64,000 nt of DNA from Octopus vulgaris. Taxonomy: Eukaryota. Below the pieces are notes generated by a model. The model ran no database searches and had not been told where the DNA came from. It saw only the letters and a program-made list of their open reading frames with translations. This document shows, piece after piece, positions 12,060 through 25,150 of the stretch. The translations under genes were made by a program, and so were the position numbers. Numbering within the stretch: position 1 is the stretch's first letter; each line of letters begins with the position of its first letter. The stretch lies in NCBI GenBank assembly GCA_951406725.2, contig OX597828.1:50220001-50284000 (forward strand), read 5' to 3'.

Positions 12060-13618
12060 TATGTATGTATGTTTTATGTATGTATTTTCATGCATGTATT
12101 TTTATATCTACACAAGCTCATATAAACTTCTGGAAAGTTTTACAGAGTTTTACAGTTCCAGTGATGGATTAAATCTGTATCCTTCGAATTAGCTTTCCCC
12201 TTACTGGTTTTGAAAAGCTTAATTTCTCGAGATTGGTATTTAGGCAGTGTGTTATATATCCCAGGGCCCCAATAATTACACGTATAAACCCGAACTTGTA
12301 ATCTGGATAGAGTAACTGCAGATTTCTCAATAGTTCGGCGAAGGTGTTCCCTTTTTCACACATCTTCAGCTTTATCTTAACATCTGCTGGGCAGCTAATT
12401 TCTACAACCGTGCATAGTTTCTCTTCTCTATCCCAACTCATTGTATCAGGCCTGTTGTGCTTGCATTTTGTTGAGGTTTTCACTGGTGCATTCCACCAGT
12501 ATTCTTTTTTTTATTATGAATGGCTATGGCTTCTACCATATTGTGGGTTCTTATATATTTGTCCTCGGGATTATCTTTCCTACAGATTTCATTATAGAAT
12601 GTCCTGGCTACAACGTCATGTCTCATCGGTAGATAATACTGTGATGACATTTTGGACACCTGCTTATGATCTTCAGTGTGGGCTCCACAAAGTCTACATC
12701 GGTTGTCACATTTTACTGCTTTTCCTGCATCTCTATCCCTTTTGTGCATCAGGTATTTGGTTGATATTTCCTGTTCTCGGATTGCAAACGCATACCCTTC
12801 AAAGTGGGAGGTAATAGTCCGACTATTGGTCCATAATAAACTGCTATATGGCTCAGAAACCTGGACGTTATCAAAGAAGCTTGAGAGGCGGTTGGATGGA
12901 ACCTATACTCGCCTCCTTATGAGAGCTCAAAATCTCTCGTGGAGGCGTCATCCAACCAAAATGCAAATATATGGGAAACTACCACCTGTGCCATCTCTTG
13001 TGAAAAGTAGAAGAGTCCAGTTTGCTGGACATTGTTGTAGAGCTGAAAACGAGGCAATTTCTACTCTTCTACTCTGGAAGCCATCTACTCGCAATACCAG
13101 AGGGCGCACACTCTCCTACTCTGATGTAATCTCCAGGGATACAGGCATCCAGCAACAGGACCCCCGTAATGCTATGATGGACCGTGAAGTCTGGCGTAGC
13201 ATGGTAAATTCCATTGTCTCGACCACGGTCGAACAATGATGATGATGATGCTTTGATGATCGATGTTACTATTACATCGGAGCTTTCTACTAACATATCC
13301 ATGCATATTCTTCTACACATATAGGCTCATCCTTTCATCTGATGATACGTTGCGGTATAGTCATGCGACTTCTTTAGGCATGTATTCTAGGTTATCAAAT
13401 AGTGTTGTTCAAGGCGCTGCCTTTCAAGTCTTATGATGTTATCAGTCTCATGTGTGCGAACTTGGTCAAGGGTTGAACTTCGGCACTAGGGGGTTAAAAG
13501 ATGGCATATGATATGACATTCAAAGGCATTCTGGGTCAACGTTAAGCCTCTGCTGCCTTGTTTTCGTTTTATGTAGTGGCTGTCAACGTCACTGTTTATG
13601 TGGAAATTATTTGAACGC
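12060..13618 (-). mobile_element. R4-like non-LTR retrotransposon 3' part, interrupted by an RTE fragment
   Basis: CRLCG...RHDVV zinc knuckle (12480-12749) and RPD...VEISCP restriction-like endonuclease (12169-12483); 3' end runs into (TACA)n. Confidence 0.85.
12846..13248 (+). mobile_element. 5'-truncated RTE-type LINE 3' end
   Basis: (LL)YGSETWTL...RRVQFAGHCCR...AMMDREVWR, then a (TGA)n tail; absent from the paralogous site at ~2990. Confidence 0.85.
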
Positions 13619-13857
13619 TTGGAAGACGAGCTTATAAGGAGACAGTGGTAGATTCTCTTTCGTCACGTGTCAGCGACGAGAGAGTCGAGGAGGAGGAGTG
13701 AGAGAGAGGGAACGGTGAAGAGGAGAGGAGAAGAATAGGGAAGAGTGGGAGAGAAGACCAGAAAGGATGAAGAACAAGAGAGGGAGAGAGATAGACAGAG
13801 AAGAGATAATAAAGATAGAAGATTGCGCATCGTAATTCCTAAGGTATTATTTGCTGA

Positions 13858-13925
13858 TATTATTATTATTATTATTATTATTATCATCATTATTATCATT
13901 ATTATTATTATTATCATTATTATCA

Positions 13926-14011
<86 letters not shown>

Positions 14012-14115
14012 TATTCAAGGCACTGCCTGGAACTGAACTAGCAATCTCCGGGTTAAGAGCACGGGCTACTAACCTCAAGATTGCGAGTTCAATTCCAAGC
14101 AGTGTCTTCAAAAAA

Positions 14116-14168
<53 letters not shown>

Positions 14169-14193
14169 ATAATAATAATAATAATAATAATAA
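13858..14193. repeat. (ATT)n and (CTA)n/(TAA)n microsatellites around a SINE-head fragment
   Basis: Direct inspection; B-box-like GAGTTCAATTCC near 14086. Confidence 0.85.
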
Positions 14194-15400
14194 CATTAGC
14201 AGAAAAATACCTTAGGAATGAAGACCCAGGGTTGAGTTCAAAATTCTACCAGGCTGGAGAGTAAATCAGTCGAAGCATTTTGGTAACAAACGGGATGAGG
14301 ACACATATCCGTCCAATGTAAATAATGTAAATGAGCGAGTGAGAGAGAAAGGGAAAGAAAGAAAGAGAGAGAGAGAGAGGGAGGGAGAGAGAGAGAGTTG
14401 TGTCAATATTTGGCTGGTACCGATTTACAGCTAAGTAGACTGGTAAACGTAAAACGAACCACCTTACGCAAGTAGACAACGTGTTGTCCATCAAATTCAC
14501 GACAATTGGTCATGAGCCCACCACTTTAACCACTAGGTTACGTGCTTATTACTTAGCGATTTTGTTTTATTTTTCAGAATATGAAGTTGTAGAGCGAAAT
14601 AAACATTCCTGATGAGCGGGCAACGACCTGGCGAAAACATTAATTTTTAAAAAAGTTTTGTTGTGTAGAGGGAGTCTCTTAGCTTAGCCACGCGGTCTGT
14701 TATGCATGTACACCTGTAAACTAATTTTTAATTAACCACGCACGCTGTCTCTGTACTGAAACCTATGAAAGAATTCAATAGGAGTGGGGGGGGGGCAATA
14801 ATATTTCGACTGCAACAGCCGGCTTGGAATATAAAATACCCTCAACTTCCAATGATGATTACCATATTTTTGTTATAGAAACGTTATAATAATTTAAAGT
14901 CACGTTATTAAATGGAAGAAGAAGAAAGCGTCTCAGTTATTTTTCCCGATGTCTGGATGACTCGAAACTAGAAGACGAAAAAAGAAACAAAAAACGTGAC
15001 AGGAAAAAAAAAAAAACAAAAAAACATCATCTAAACTTTCGATTAACTTCAGGCTTCATGTTACACGAAAATTAATTTTCAGAAAAATCTCATAATATTA
15101 CGGAATAGAAAACTCATGAAAATAAAATTAAGTCTAGAAAAGGAAAAAAAGAAAAAAAAAGGTGTATGCAATTACGCAAGAAAATGAAAAGGAAATAAAA
15201 ATGGAGAAAGGTTAAGGAAATTTGGAATGCGATTGCTTATTGAAGACAGGAGTTCTTCCAGCATTTCTTGTTACATATCAGGAAATAGCACACGCATGCG
15301 CCCCCTACACACTTGCATGCACATCTACATACATCTCCTCTCAATGTCCCATATATGAACGAAAGGGCGTACGAAGTAACAGACAGACATATGTGTGTGT

Positions 15401-15687
<287 letters not shown>

Positions 15688-16990
15688 AGGAGGGCTGGGC
15701 ATGCCGTGGTTGATGATGCGCAGACACGCGCTGAGACTGCGACATCTCCGGCTCTATGTAGACGACGGTGAACAGGTGTGGTCGCCGTTTGTGAGGCACG
15801 CATTCCCGCAACTCGTCTCCATGACCGAACTACAGTCGTGGATCAAAAAGAGGCCGAAGAAGGGCGAATGGCACCGCGAGTGTCGCGTTGCTCTCAAGCA
15901 ACTCTGCCGTCCCGGGTCGACCATGAGTGACTTCAACACAACCAAAGCATTCTATAGGGGATTAGTGGAGGGGAGGTACGACGACGAGCTCGGGGCAAAC
16001 CTGGGCGTCGACGAGGAATACCTGACCCGCCTGTTTCAAACGACTTTCGGCCCGGGACCTATGGACAACTTCCAGAGATCCCTGGCCTGGCGGTGCTACC
16101 GAGAAGCGCTACCCGTTCGGGATAAGCTCTATAGGCATGGCTCGAGAAACACGGGGCCGACCTGCCCGAGATGCGGGCAGAGCGACGAAACCGCTCTGCA
16201 CGCAATCGTGCAGTGTCCAGCAATTTCCCACCTGTGGGCTTATGTCGAACGACTGCTGTCACGTGTGGGACGTGTCGGTTTATCCGCCGAGTCTATCGTT
16301 AATATCGTCACGCCTCCTTCCTTCAAACGGGAAGGAAGAGCTATTTTTATCATACTTGTGGCTATGGCGAAAGAATGTATCTGGTGGACGCGTCTGAAAG
16401 GATTAGAGACAAACACTTTCCTCTCTGGTCAATCTCTCATCAACTTCTTCAAGTATCACTTGAAGAAAAAAGTGAGAGTAGAGAGGCAAGTTTTGTCTAG
16501 TGAATGTTTTAAAAAAAGATGGGTGAATGTAGCAAGGATGGCACGTATGAATGACGAAGCCACCTTGACTATGATTCTATGAACCGTAAAAATTAATACA
16601 GAGAGTTGCTTATTTGCAAAAAAAAAAAAAGAAATATAACGTGACTTCATTGACCGAGGTTACCGTGGTCTTTTCCGTAGGCTTTTCTTTCCACGGGTAA
16701 ACCTCACCTGTCCTCCCCTTTACACTTCATATTGACATTTCTGTGATAACGATCCCTATTGATCAATTTTTTTCCTCTCCCCCTTTTTTTTAACCCCCCT
16801 TTTTTTGTCCTCTTTCTCTCCTTTTACGATCCCTTTTGATCGATACCCCCTTTTTTATTTTATTTTATTCTTTATTTTATTATTATTATTATTATTATTT
16901 TTTTTTTTTTTTTTTAAACCTTCAAAAGAAAAGCTCTACCTTGTAATTTGTTCTATCTGTGTGCAGCCCTGTGTGGCTAATAAAGAAACA
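15688..16990 (+). mobile_element. Young 5'-truncated L1/Tx1-clade LINE (ORF2 C-terminus plus T-rich 3' UTR)
   Basis: Uninterrupted GC-rich ORF with zf-RVT motif; tail GCCCTGTGTGGCTAATAAAGAAAC; (TATC)n on both sides. Confidence 0.88.
15701..16582 (+). CDS. LINE ORF2 C-terminal fragment (zf-RVT, L1/Tx1 type); not a host gene
   Basis: WRCYREALPVRDKL...CPRCGQSDETALHAIVQC (CCHC); 293-aa open frame. Confidence 0.85.
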   Translation: MPWLMMRRHALRLRHLRLYVDDGEQVWSPFVRHAFPQLVSMTELQSWIKKRPKKGEWHRECRVALKQLCRPGSTMSDFNTTKAFYRGLVEGRYDDELGANLGVDEEYLTRLFQTTFGPGPMDNFQRSLAWRCYREALPVRDKLYRHGSRNTGPTCPRCGQSDETALHAIVQCPAISHLWAYVERLLSRVGRVGLSAESIVNIVTPPSFKREGRAIFIILVAMAKECIWWTRLKGLETNTFLSGQSLINFFKYHLKKKVRVERQVLSSECFKKRWVNVARMARMNDEATLTMIL

Positions 16991-17006
16991 TATCTATCTA
17001 TCTATC

Positions 17007-17079
<73 letters not shown>

Positions 17080-17093
17080 CATACATACACACA

Positions 17094-17303
17094 CAGTAAT
17101 CACTATCGCGGGTGTTACGTTCCAAAATCTCTGCAATAGGTGAACATCCGCAAAGTAGAAACAGTACTGTATATATTTTTTCATTATTTTCATAATTCGT
17201 ATATATTTATTTAATCATAAATGCAAGACAACACCATGGGGGAATCGACTTAAGCTTAAATAATAAACCGCGACAGGTGAACCACGATATGGCGAGGGAT
17301 TAC

Positions 17304-17304
<1 letters not shown>
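17094..17304. mobile_element. Tc1/pogo (Tigger-like) MITE
   Basis: Termini CAGTAATCACT...GCGAGGGATTACTA(TA), CpG-rich subterminal motifs. Confidence 0.55.
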
Positions 17305-17359
<55 letters not shown>

Positions 17360-17365
17360 CATATA

Positions 17366-17972
17366 ATAACTTAGAATAACTTAGAAAGGTTTTTGGCCAG
17401 TATTGGCCCAGGCCATGTCTAACTTAATAGCACCACCTGGCGAAGTCTTTCAGTTCAGGATTTGGGCACCAAGGCCCATTCGAGCAGAGAGTTATTGTTT
17501 GCGGAGACATATCCGGGTGTGGATGGTTTGTCCGGTACTGTTTGAAGGAATTTGTCCAAAGACTTCTTGAATTTTGTGTGGTCAGTTTCTTTTTTGACGT
17601 GTCCTGGTGTAATGTTGAAGAGAGCGGGTCCAATTGAGGTGAAATAGTTGTGCCGTATTGTCGTTATGTGATGCGATTTAGATTTTTGTTGTGGACGGAT
17701 GGCACGTGGTCCAAGTCTTGGATGCATTTTGAAGGTGATGCCAACATCATTCGGATAGTGCTGATGGAATATTTTCCACATCATACAGATAATGTAGCGT
17801 TCACGGCGTCGTTGGAGTGAATACAATTTCAGCTTCTCTAGTCTACCCCAGTAGTCAAGGTCTGACATGCCATCTATCTTTTTTGTGATTGACCTTTGGG
17901 GAGCTTCAATTCTCATAATATTTTGTTTTGTGTAGGGAGACCACAGTGGACAGCAGTATTCAAGGTGGGGTC
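17366..17972 (-). mobile_element. CR1-like LINE 3' end
   Basis: ORF 17455-17916: [12 protein letters not shown]...DYWGRLEKLKLYSLQRRRERY...FKKSLDKFL; short tandem-repeat tail. Confidence 0.85.
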
Positions 17973-18377
<405 letters not shown>

Positions 18378-18480
18378 AGTAAACACATAAATGTGAAACA
18401 AGGTGGAAAAAAGAGTACTCAAATACCAGTGGTAGAGTAATATGCTTTATTTCGTTGAATTTTCTGCTGCTTAAAATAAA

Positions 18481-18527
<47 letters not shown>

Positions 18528-18832
18528 TACATATATACATATATATATATATACATGTATATATGTATATATACATATGTATGTATACGTACATATGCAT
18601 ATATGTGTGTGTGTGTTTGCATGCGTCCAGAAGTATATAGCATTTTTATGGTTTACTACAATTATACACACATACACACACACACATAAAATTCTGTGGT
18701 CTATACGGTCTTTTCAAATGAGTAATTAAAAATCATATGGAAGTGAAGAAGAAGGAAAGAAAGAAGAGAAGAAAGCGAGTAAAAAAGAAAAGGTGAATGG
18801 GCAGTGGTAAACAAGGTAGAAGGCAGAAAAAT

Positions 18833-18833
18833 T

Positions 18834-18865
<32 letters not shown>

Positions 18866-18921
18866 AGAAGAAGAAGAAGAAGAAGAAGAAGAAGAAGAAG
18901 AAGAAGAAGAAGAAGAAGAAA
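18833..18921. repeat. (GAA)n microsatellite
   Basis: Direct inspection. Confidence 0.95.
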
Positions 18922-19339
18922 TGATGGTTTTGATGTTGGAAAGTGTCCAAGAATGATATTCTGGTTTAAAATGATGTTTTCTCAAATATACATAGGCGCA
19001 GGAGTGGCTGTGTGGTAAGTAGCTTGCTTCCGGTCCCTTTGTTAGACGCCTTTTTGTTTGTCGGTGAGTCGGATGTTTTGTTAAAGCTTTGATTGGTTTC
19101 TGTTGGATTTATTACTCTCTTTACTTGTTTCAGTCATTTGACTGAGTACCGTTGTTGAACATTGTTAAATTGTTGAACTTTGAACATTCTTTGTGCTGTT
19201 TCCCGGTGCTAGGAGACAGGAATTGTTTGCGTGAAACCATTTTGGCAGTTGTTATTTGTTGTATGTTGTCGGGACAACATACAATAGTAGGGGTGGATTT
19301 GAACTCTTGTCCTCATCATGAGGAAAAAAAAAACATATA

Positions 19340-20640
19340 GATTTCCCTTTTTGGGAATTTCTAATTTATTTATTTTTGTGCGTAGAATTAATTTCGACCG
19401 AGTATGTCGGTCGAAATAATTCACGAAAAATGTCCGCTGGATGAGCCAGTAAAGAAAGTTTTGGCAGTTACCGCGGAAATGCTCTCCGAGCTTTTTGAAA
19501 GAATGAAGGGGGAGGGTGGGGTATAAAGATATCACCCTCCTTCAGCGTCGAAGAATTGAGAAGGCGGACAGTTGTTTTCAAAACGTATTGTCCGTCAACA
19601 AGAAGATTCAAACGCTTCGAACAGTGTAAAATTGAAAAATGTCTGGCCCTCATATGTAAAGACGTAAATACATAGCGAGGGGCTGGACGTATGGCACAGT
19701 AGAGGCCAGATTTGGAACCGAGGAAAAGCCCAAGAGTAGTCAGCGAGCTCCCTGAAAACTAAGGAGGTGGTGCTTCTGCCAACCTATATGGGGAGACGAA
19801 CTGCCCGCATAAAGGTGGAAGAGGTACAACCCGAAATAGAGGCAAGGAAGGTAACGGCCGTCCTGTTGTATAACAGGACGGACAAAATAAAATTCCTTCA
19901 AATTACATGCACTGCCCCCCCCCCCCAATTGGCTCGGGCAGAGCAATTCAGCTATTATCCAGGGGGCTCACGAAGACATCGAAATGCTTCCAGACACAGT
20001 GCTCTTGGGTGAGGACATTGATCTCAAAATCTATGGCGAAGAGAAGAAGACGACGCGTTGCGAATGTGTCAAAAAGGGCCACATTCGTGTAGACTGCGAA
20101 AATTGGCAGAAAAAAGTGGAGCAAACACCAAGCCCTTCGAAAGCTCAAAAAACCCCCAACGCACACACACATTAGCCACAACAGAAACAAAAATTCCCAC
20201 TCCCCTATTTGTGGTGCCCGCCCCCAAACACGATACATGTACACACCGGTCCCGACAATATCAAATGCACCCCCCCCTCTAAAATGGCACCAGAATGTGT
20301 AACTCCCCCGGATGACACCATGGAGGTAGTCGAGGGGGAGTTCACAGTAGTTCGGAAATGAACTCATGCACCTTCCCCGTCTACATCCTCAAAAAAAAAG
20401 AAAAAAAAGCTCACCACATATAACAAAAAAGACTTCGCCCCATTGCCCCAGGAAAAGGAAAAAAATGACATGGAAACAAACATTTTGGTGAAATATAATA
20501 TAAAGGACCAATACGCTGAAAATATAATTAAAAACCACCATACTACCAAGCTGTTCCCACAACATAGGGACCTGAACGAGAGGTGTGCCTGGATAGGGGG
20601 AAACCCTATACAGGCAACTGAAGGAGAGGCATCCAAAGAC
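19340..20640 (+). mobile_element. Degraded LINE 5' region / ORF1 (Tx1-like gag with zinc knuckle)
   Basis: Frameshifted pieces LLPTYMGRRTARIKVEEV and RCECVKKGHIRVDC (CCHC-like), then Pro/Thr-rich sequence. Confidence 0.6.
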
Positions 20641-20746
20641 CATTAGGAGGATCTTGGACCTGCTTAGTTACTTGAAGAAGGAGGAGAAGGAAGTGGCTGC
20701 CTCACATGTTGTGAGGTCAGCCCCAACATCATCAGTTAAGGGTAAA

Positions 20747-20960
20747 TCGGTGAGCTGGCAGAAACGTTAGCACGCCGGACGAAATGCTTAGCGGTATTTC
20801 GTCTGTCGTTACATTTTGAGTTTAAATTCTGCCGAGGTCAACTTTGCCGTTCATCCTTTCGGGGTCCATAAATTAAGTACCACTTATGCACTGCGGTCGA
20901 TGTAATCGACTTAATCCCTTTGTCTGTTCTTGTTTGTCCCCTTGTGGCCAATAAAGAAAT
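20747..20960 (+). mobile_element. tRNA-derived SINE family B (Meta-domain-like core), tail type 1
   Basis: GGTGAGCTGGCAGAAACGTTAGC head; TTCATCCTTTCGGGGTC core; TSD AACATCATCAGT at 20725 and 20961. Confidence 0.85.
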
Positions 20961-20974
20961 AACATCATCAGTAA

Positions 20975-21560
20975 ATAGAACCCTTGCATTTTCTAGGCAT
21001 AAGATGTTTCACTGTCGCATATTACCCAAATTTTAATTCCATATTTCCCTGGTTTTGAAGGAATATATACCCAGAATGGGCAGCGCACTTTGATTGAAAC
21101 TAATTGTTCATTAACTGTCAGGCATGAACTTGGAACATATCCATCTTATAAATTCTGATTCCACATTTCAAATACTTCTCTTATGGGCTCCAATTTATAA
21201 TCACTTCTCTTTTTTCTTCTTGCACTAGCATCATCAAAATGCAATACTTGTAAAATCTGTTGAAATCTTCCCCAGCTCATGATTTTGTTGAATACTGGGC
21301 GGCCATTTTTCTGACTCCATAACTGTGTGACATTTTCATGTTTAGATTTATAAACACCTATAAGAATAATCAATCCAATAAATTTCTTTAGTTCAATGTG
21401 ATCAATGTTTTCCCCATTTATCTTAGTAAACATCTTAACCTTCAAAATTTGCCCATTTACGAATTACATCAAGAAGATTCAGACGCATAAAGATAGTAAA
21501 ACATATTTCAATGCTATCGCAAGACCTAAAAGCACAATATTGCAAGATTAAGTTCTTACT
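20975..21560 (-). mobile_element. piggyBac transposase relic (DDE_Tnp_1_7 type)
   Basis: ELKKFIGLIILIG...LWS...MSWGRFQQILQVLHFDD...KLEPIR, then TVNEQL and YIPSKPGKYGIKIW beyond a stop. Confidence 0.85.
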
Positions 21561-21597
21561 GCTGCTTGAGTAAGAGGATTAGAATGCCAAACTTCTT

Positions 21598-21745
21598 ACA
21601 TTATTTACACTCGACAGATGTTTGCCCTCATCTTGTTTGTTGTTAACACACCGTTTCGGCTGATACACCCCCCCCAGCCTTCTTCGGATGTCTTGGGGAA
21701 ATTTCGAACCTGAATTCTCATTCCTAAGGTATTTTTCGATATTAT
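21598..21745 (-). mobile_element. Penelope-like pLTR fragment with degenerate hammerhead
   Basis: GACAT-CCGAAGA-A-GGCTG...CAGCC-GAAA-CGGT-GTGTT; related decayed copy at ~14200-14332 (+). Confidence 0.6.
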
Positions 21746-21829
21746 TATTACTGTTGTTGTTGTTGTTGTTGTTGTTAACCACTACGCCATATGCCCGTGG
21801 GCAATTATGGAGTGTATTTTAGGGCTTAT

Positions 21830-22648
21830 AATTCTAATATTTTTCTATCCTTCCTTAATATCGGTTCCCATATGCTGCTCATATCTGCACTCAGTCTACT
21901 TAGGAGGTTATTGTGTCCTAGCATATGTGCTGCTTCTTTTAGTTTTCATATTTTCCACTGGTGTTCTCTGTCCATTATTTTAACTTCATCCCACAGGGGG
22001 AGGTGGTCTCCATTTTTTCATACATGATAAGCTATACCCGATTTATCAATATCTCCTCGTGTCATAGCTTTGCGATGTTCGTCTACCCTTATTTTGAGGG
22101 GGCAGCATGTTTCGCCTTTGTATAACCTACCACAGCTGCATGGGATGGAGTACACGCAGTCTTTGGTCATATTCTCTTCTATTGGTGGTTTTACTCGGAG
22201 ATATTTCTGAAGTGTTGTATTACTCTTGAATACTGTCCTGATGTCATATGGGCTGCATATCCTTTGTATCTTTTCGGAGAGGCCTTTTACATAGGGTAGA
22301 CAGACTGTGGACAGTTTATTGGCCCCATCCTCTCTCTTCTTCATAATTGGAGTAGATAGTATACTTTTGGGGTAGTTGTTGCTTAACAGATCATTATTGA
22401 GCTTAATCATATCTTCGTGGTGTGTATCACGATCGCTACTTATATTCTTTGCACGATGTTTTAGGCACTGAGCAATCCCTTTCTTTACACTGTATGGATG
22501 GTGGGAATTGAAGTTGACGTATCGTCCAGTAAAGGTCGGCTTGTGGTATACGGATGTCCTGAATCCATACTTGGTGCGTGTCATTAATACAGTGCCTAAA
22601 ACATCGTGCAAAGAATATAAGTAGCGATTGTGATACACACCACGAAGA
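21830..22648 (-). mobile_element. Penelope-like element (RT thumb + GIY-YIG), with inverted 5' segment
   Basis: TSVYHKPTFTGRYVNFNSHHP...LPYVKGLSEKIQR...VYSIPCSCGRLYKGET...RVDEH...KLKEAAHM. Confidence 0.9.
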
Positions 22649-23340
22649 AGGAATTTACGTGTATTCTATACCGTATTTTGAAGTCTTTGGTACTTCCTAT
22701 ATATACCCTAGTTTGCTGTTTTTCATTTGTCACTGTACATTTATATATCAAATTTTTGCGTAGATATAGACCGGCAAGCCGACATAATTCAGGGTTCCTA
22801 CAATTACATACTTTTGGCTTCCTATCTATACTTTTAATTTTATAAATGTTATTTGGAGTTGTGTTAGGTATACTATGATGTGGGCTTTTATTAATTTGAA
22901 GTTGAATTTTATTTCTGCTTGTAGATGCAATAATTGAACCCAAATTAGGCGTGGTAGAGTAAGATAATTTTATAGTATTTTTGTTAAATATAGGGTAGCA
23001 TTTGTGTTGCTTGGGGAAATTTAGTTTTAGAATTTTGAAGAACTGTTTTGGTAGATTTTTAACTCTTAGCAAAAAAGGAGGGCAAACCATATAGTTTGTC
23101 TTTTCCTAGATTTAGAGTGAGCTACCCCATCTGGATGTTTGGGCATAGAGGGAGCATGCTTATTAAAATCTTTAGTATTGGGATTATAAAATTTAATAGG
23201 GTTAATGACAGGTCTTCTTATAGGTTTATAATTTAATGAGGGGGTTATTTTAATCATACTAAAGTTACTATGAGGTGTTAAATTAGCTAATTTAGTGTTG
23301 AGTTTGGTGTCAGGGATGTAGAAAATATGAATTTTTAAAA
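22649..23340 (-). mobile_element. Second Penelope-like family fragment (Cys-rich linker + GIY-YIG)
   Basis: IFNKNTIKLSYSTTPNL...CNCRNPELC...LIYKCTV...VYIGSTKDFKIRYRIH. Confidence 0.85.
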
Positions 23341-23398
23341 GAAATGTCTTTCTATATTTCATTATTTTTATCTATATTTTTATCTATACTCTATTATG

Positions 23399-23464
<66 letters not shown>

Positions 23465-23467
<3 letters not shown>

Positions 23468-23830
23468 CCATGCATTGGTCAATCATCGATGAGGCCCCAC
23501 CATGCAATACTATTACCGGCGATGTCGACTGTGTATAAAATAATCGTACATGATCCTTCGCATTTTTAAATTCCACTGTTTTCAATAAATTTTCTGAAGC
23601 TATTCATTCGTGTAACCATATTTATTTGTCCATGCATATTTTTAGCATTCATATATATTTTATATTTCTATATCTTTATATTCCGAATGTATTAATATAT
23701 GTTTTAGATTGGACAACTCTATCATAATTAAATCCGTATATGTGTGTATCAATCGTAGTCTGCCTAATTTGAATCTCTTCTATGTATCTTTCATACTTGT
23801 CTAGCGTCTCGGGTCTGACTCGAGCACATC
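23465..23830 (+). mobile_element. Penelope-like endonuclease C-terminus / 3' fragment
   Basis: WSIIDEAPPCNTITG then CRLCIK after a frameshift. Confidence 0.55.
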
Positions 23831-23853
23831 CATGCTTTCTATACTTTCCAAAA

Positions 23854-23900
<47 letters not shown>

Positions 23901-23905
<5 letters not shown>

Positions 23906-24020
23906 CTGCTCGCTTAGCCAGCGGGGTGGCGTCATTCGAAGACTAAAACAATGCGAACGCATTGTGACCAGCGATGTGTAACAACATCTGATGGTCTGGT
24001 CGGTCACGTGATCACGTGAT
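23901..24020 (+). mobile_element. Solo SINE/LINE tail (near-identical to the tail of the SINE at 45145-45449)
   Basis: CTGCTCGCTTAGCCAGCGGGGTGGCG...GGTCACGTGATCAC. Confidence 0.85.
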
Positions 24021-24955
24021 ATATATATATATATACACGCACAAACACACTTGCACATACTCACACACGCGCACACAAAGACAAACACACACACACATAT
24101 ACGACAGGCTTCTTTCAGCTTTCGTCTACCTAATTCACTCACAAGGCTTTGATCGACCCGAGGCTATAATACAAGACACTTGCCCAAGATGCCACGCAGT
24201 AGGATTGAAACCGGAACCATGTGGTTGGGAAATGAGCTTCTCACCGCTTTTTGTATATAGTTGTATATAGTTGTAGTAGCAGTAATAATTTTAAAGTAAT
24301 GTTTAGATTGGCAGTTGTACGGATATAATATTAATCGTATTTAAAGCAAAACCAAATCAGAACTAATCTTCTCTCTGTATTTATTTATCTTTATAATGAC
24401 TCAACACAAGCTCTAATCTTATATTTTCATGAACAAAAAAGCGAGACGAATGTATCAGATCAATTCTTACAGAAGTCTTAGTTTTATTTACAGAGGGTGG
24501 TGGTCAGTCGACGAAATCGACCCCAATACTTGGCTGGTAATATATATTATCTGTCCTGGAAGGATGAATTGCACGCTGACCTCTACGGGATTTGAACCTA
24601 GAATTTAAAGATCCATAAAGTACTGCAAAGTATTTACCCGACTCTCGATCGATCCTACAGGTTCGTTAACCTTAACTGAATAGTGTCGAGTGCGAAATAT
24701 CTCTACCACACCAATTAGGCATCGGTTCAGACATCCGACTCCCTTTTCTTCTAATATTTCACATTTTTGGCATTGGAAATTGACCTTGATTTTTTTCCAG
24801 GAAACCTAATTTACTGCCAAAGAAAGGACAGGCTGGGGGTCGGAAGGAATTAACATATGTTATTGCCAAGAATATGATTCGAGTGAATCGAAGAAGTTTG
24901 CTGATGCTACAGGAATAATAACGGTTTCTATTAAAGAAGCAAAGTATCACATACC

Positions 24956-25150
24956 GGTTTCAAATTTTGGCACAAGGCCGGCAATCTTGGGTGTGGAGCT
25001 AAGTCAATTACATCGATTCTAGTACTCAACTGGTACTTATTTTATCGACCTTGAAATGATGGAAGATAAAGTCGACTTCATCGGAATTTGAATTTAGATT
25101 TTGAAGACGGACGAAATGCCGCTAAGCATTTTGCCAGTTCGCGCCTTAAC
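24956..25150 (-). mobile_element. SINE family B, tail type 2
   Basis: Same core as 20747; ends GGCCTTGTGCCAAAATTTGAAACC. Confidence 0.75.

Noticed and set aside
24785-24950. Strong acceptor-like TTTTTTTCCAG followed by purine-rich sequence
   Set aside because: All three frames hit stops and there is no convincing donor
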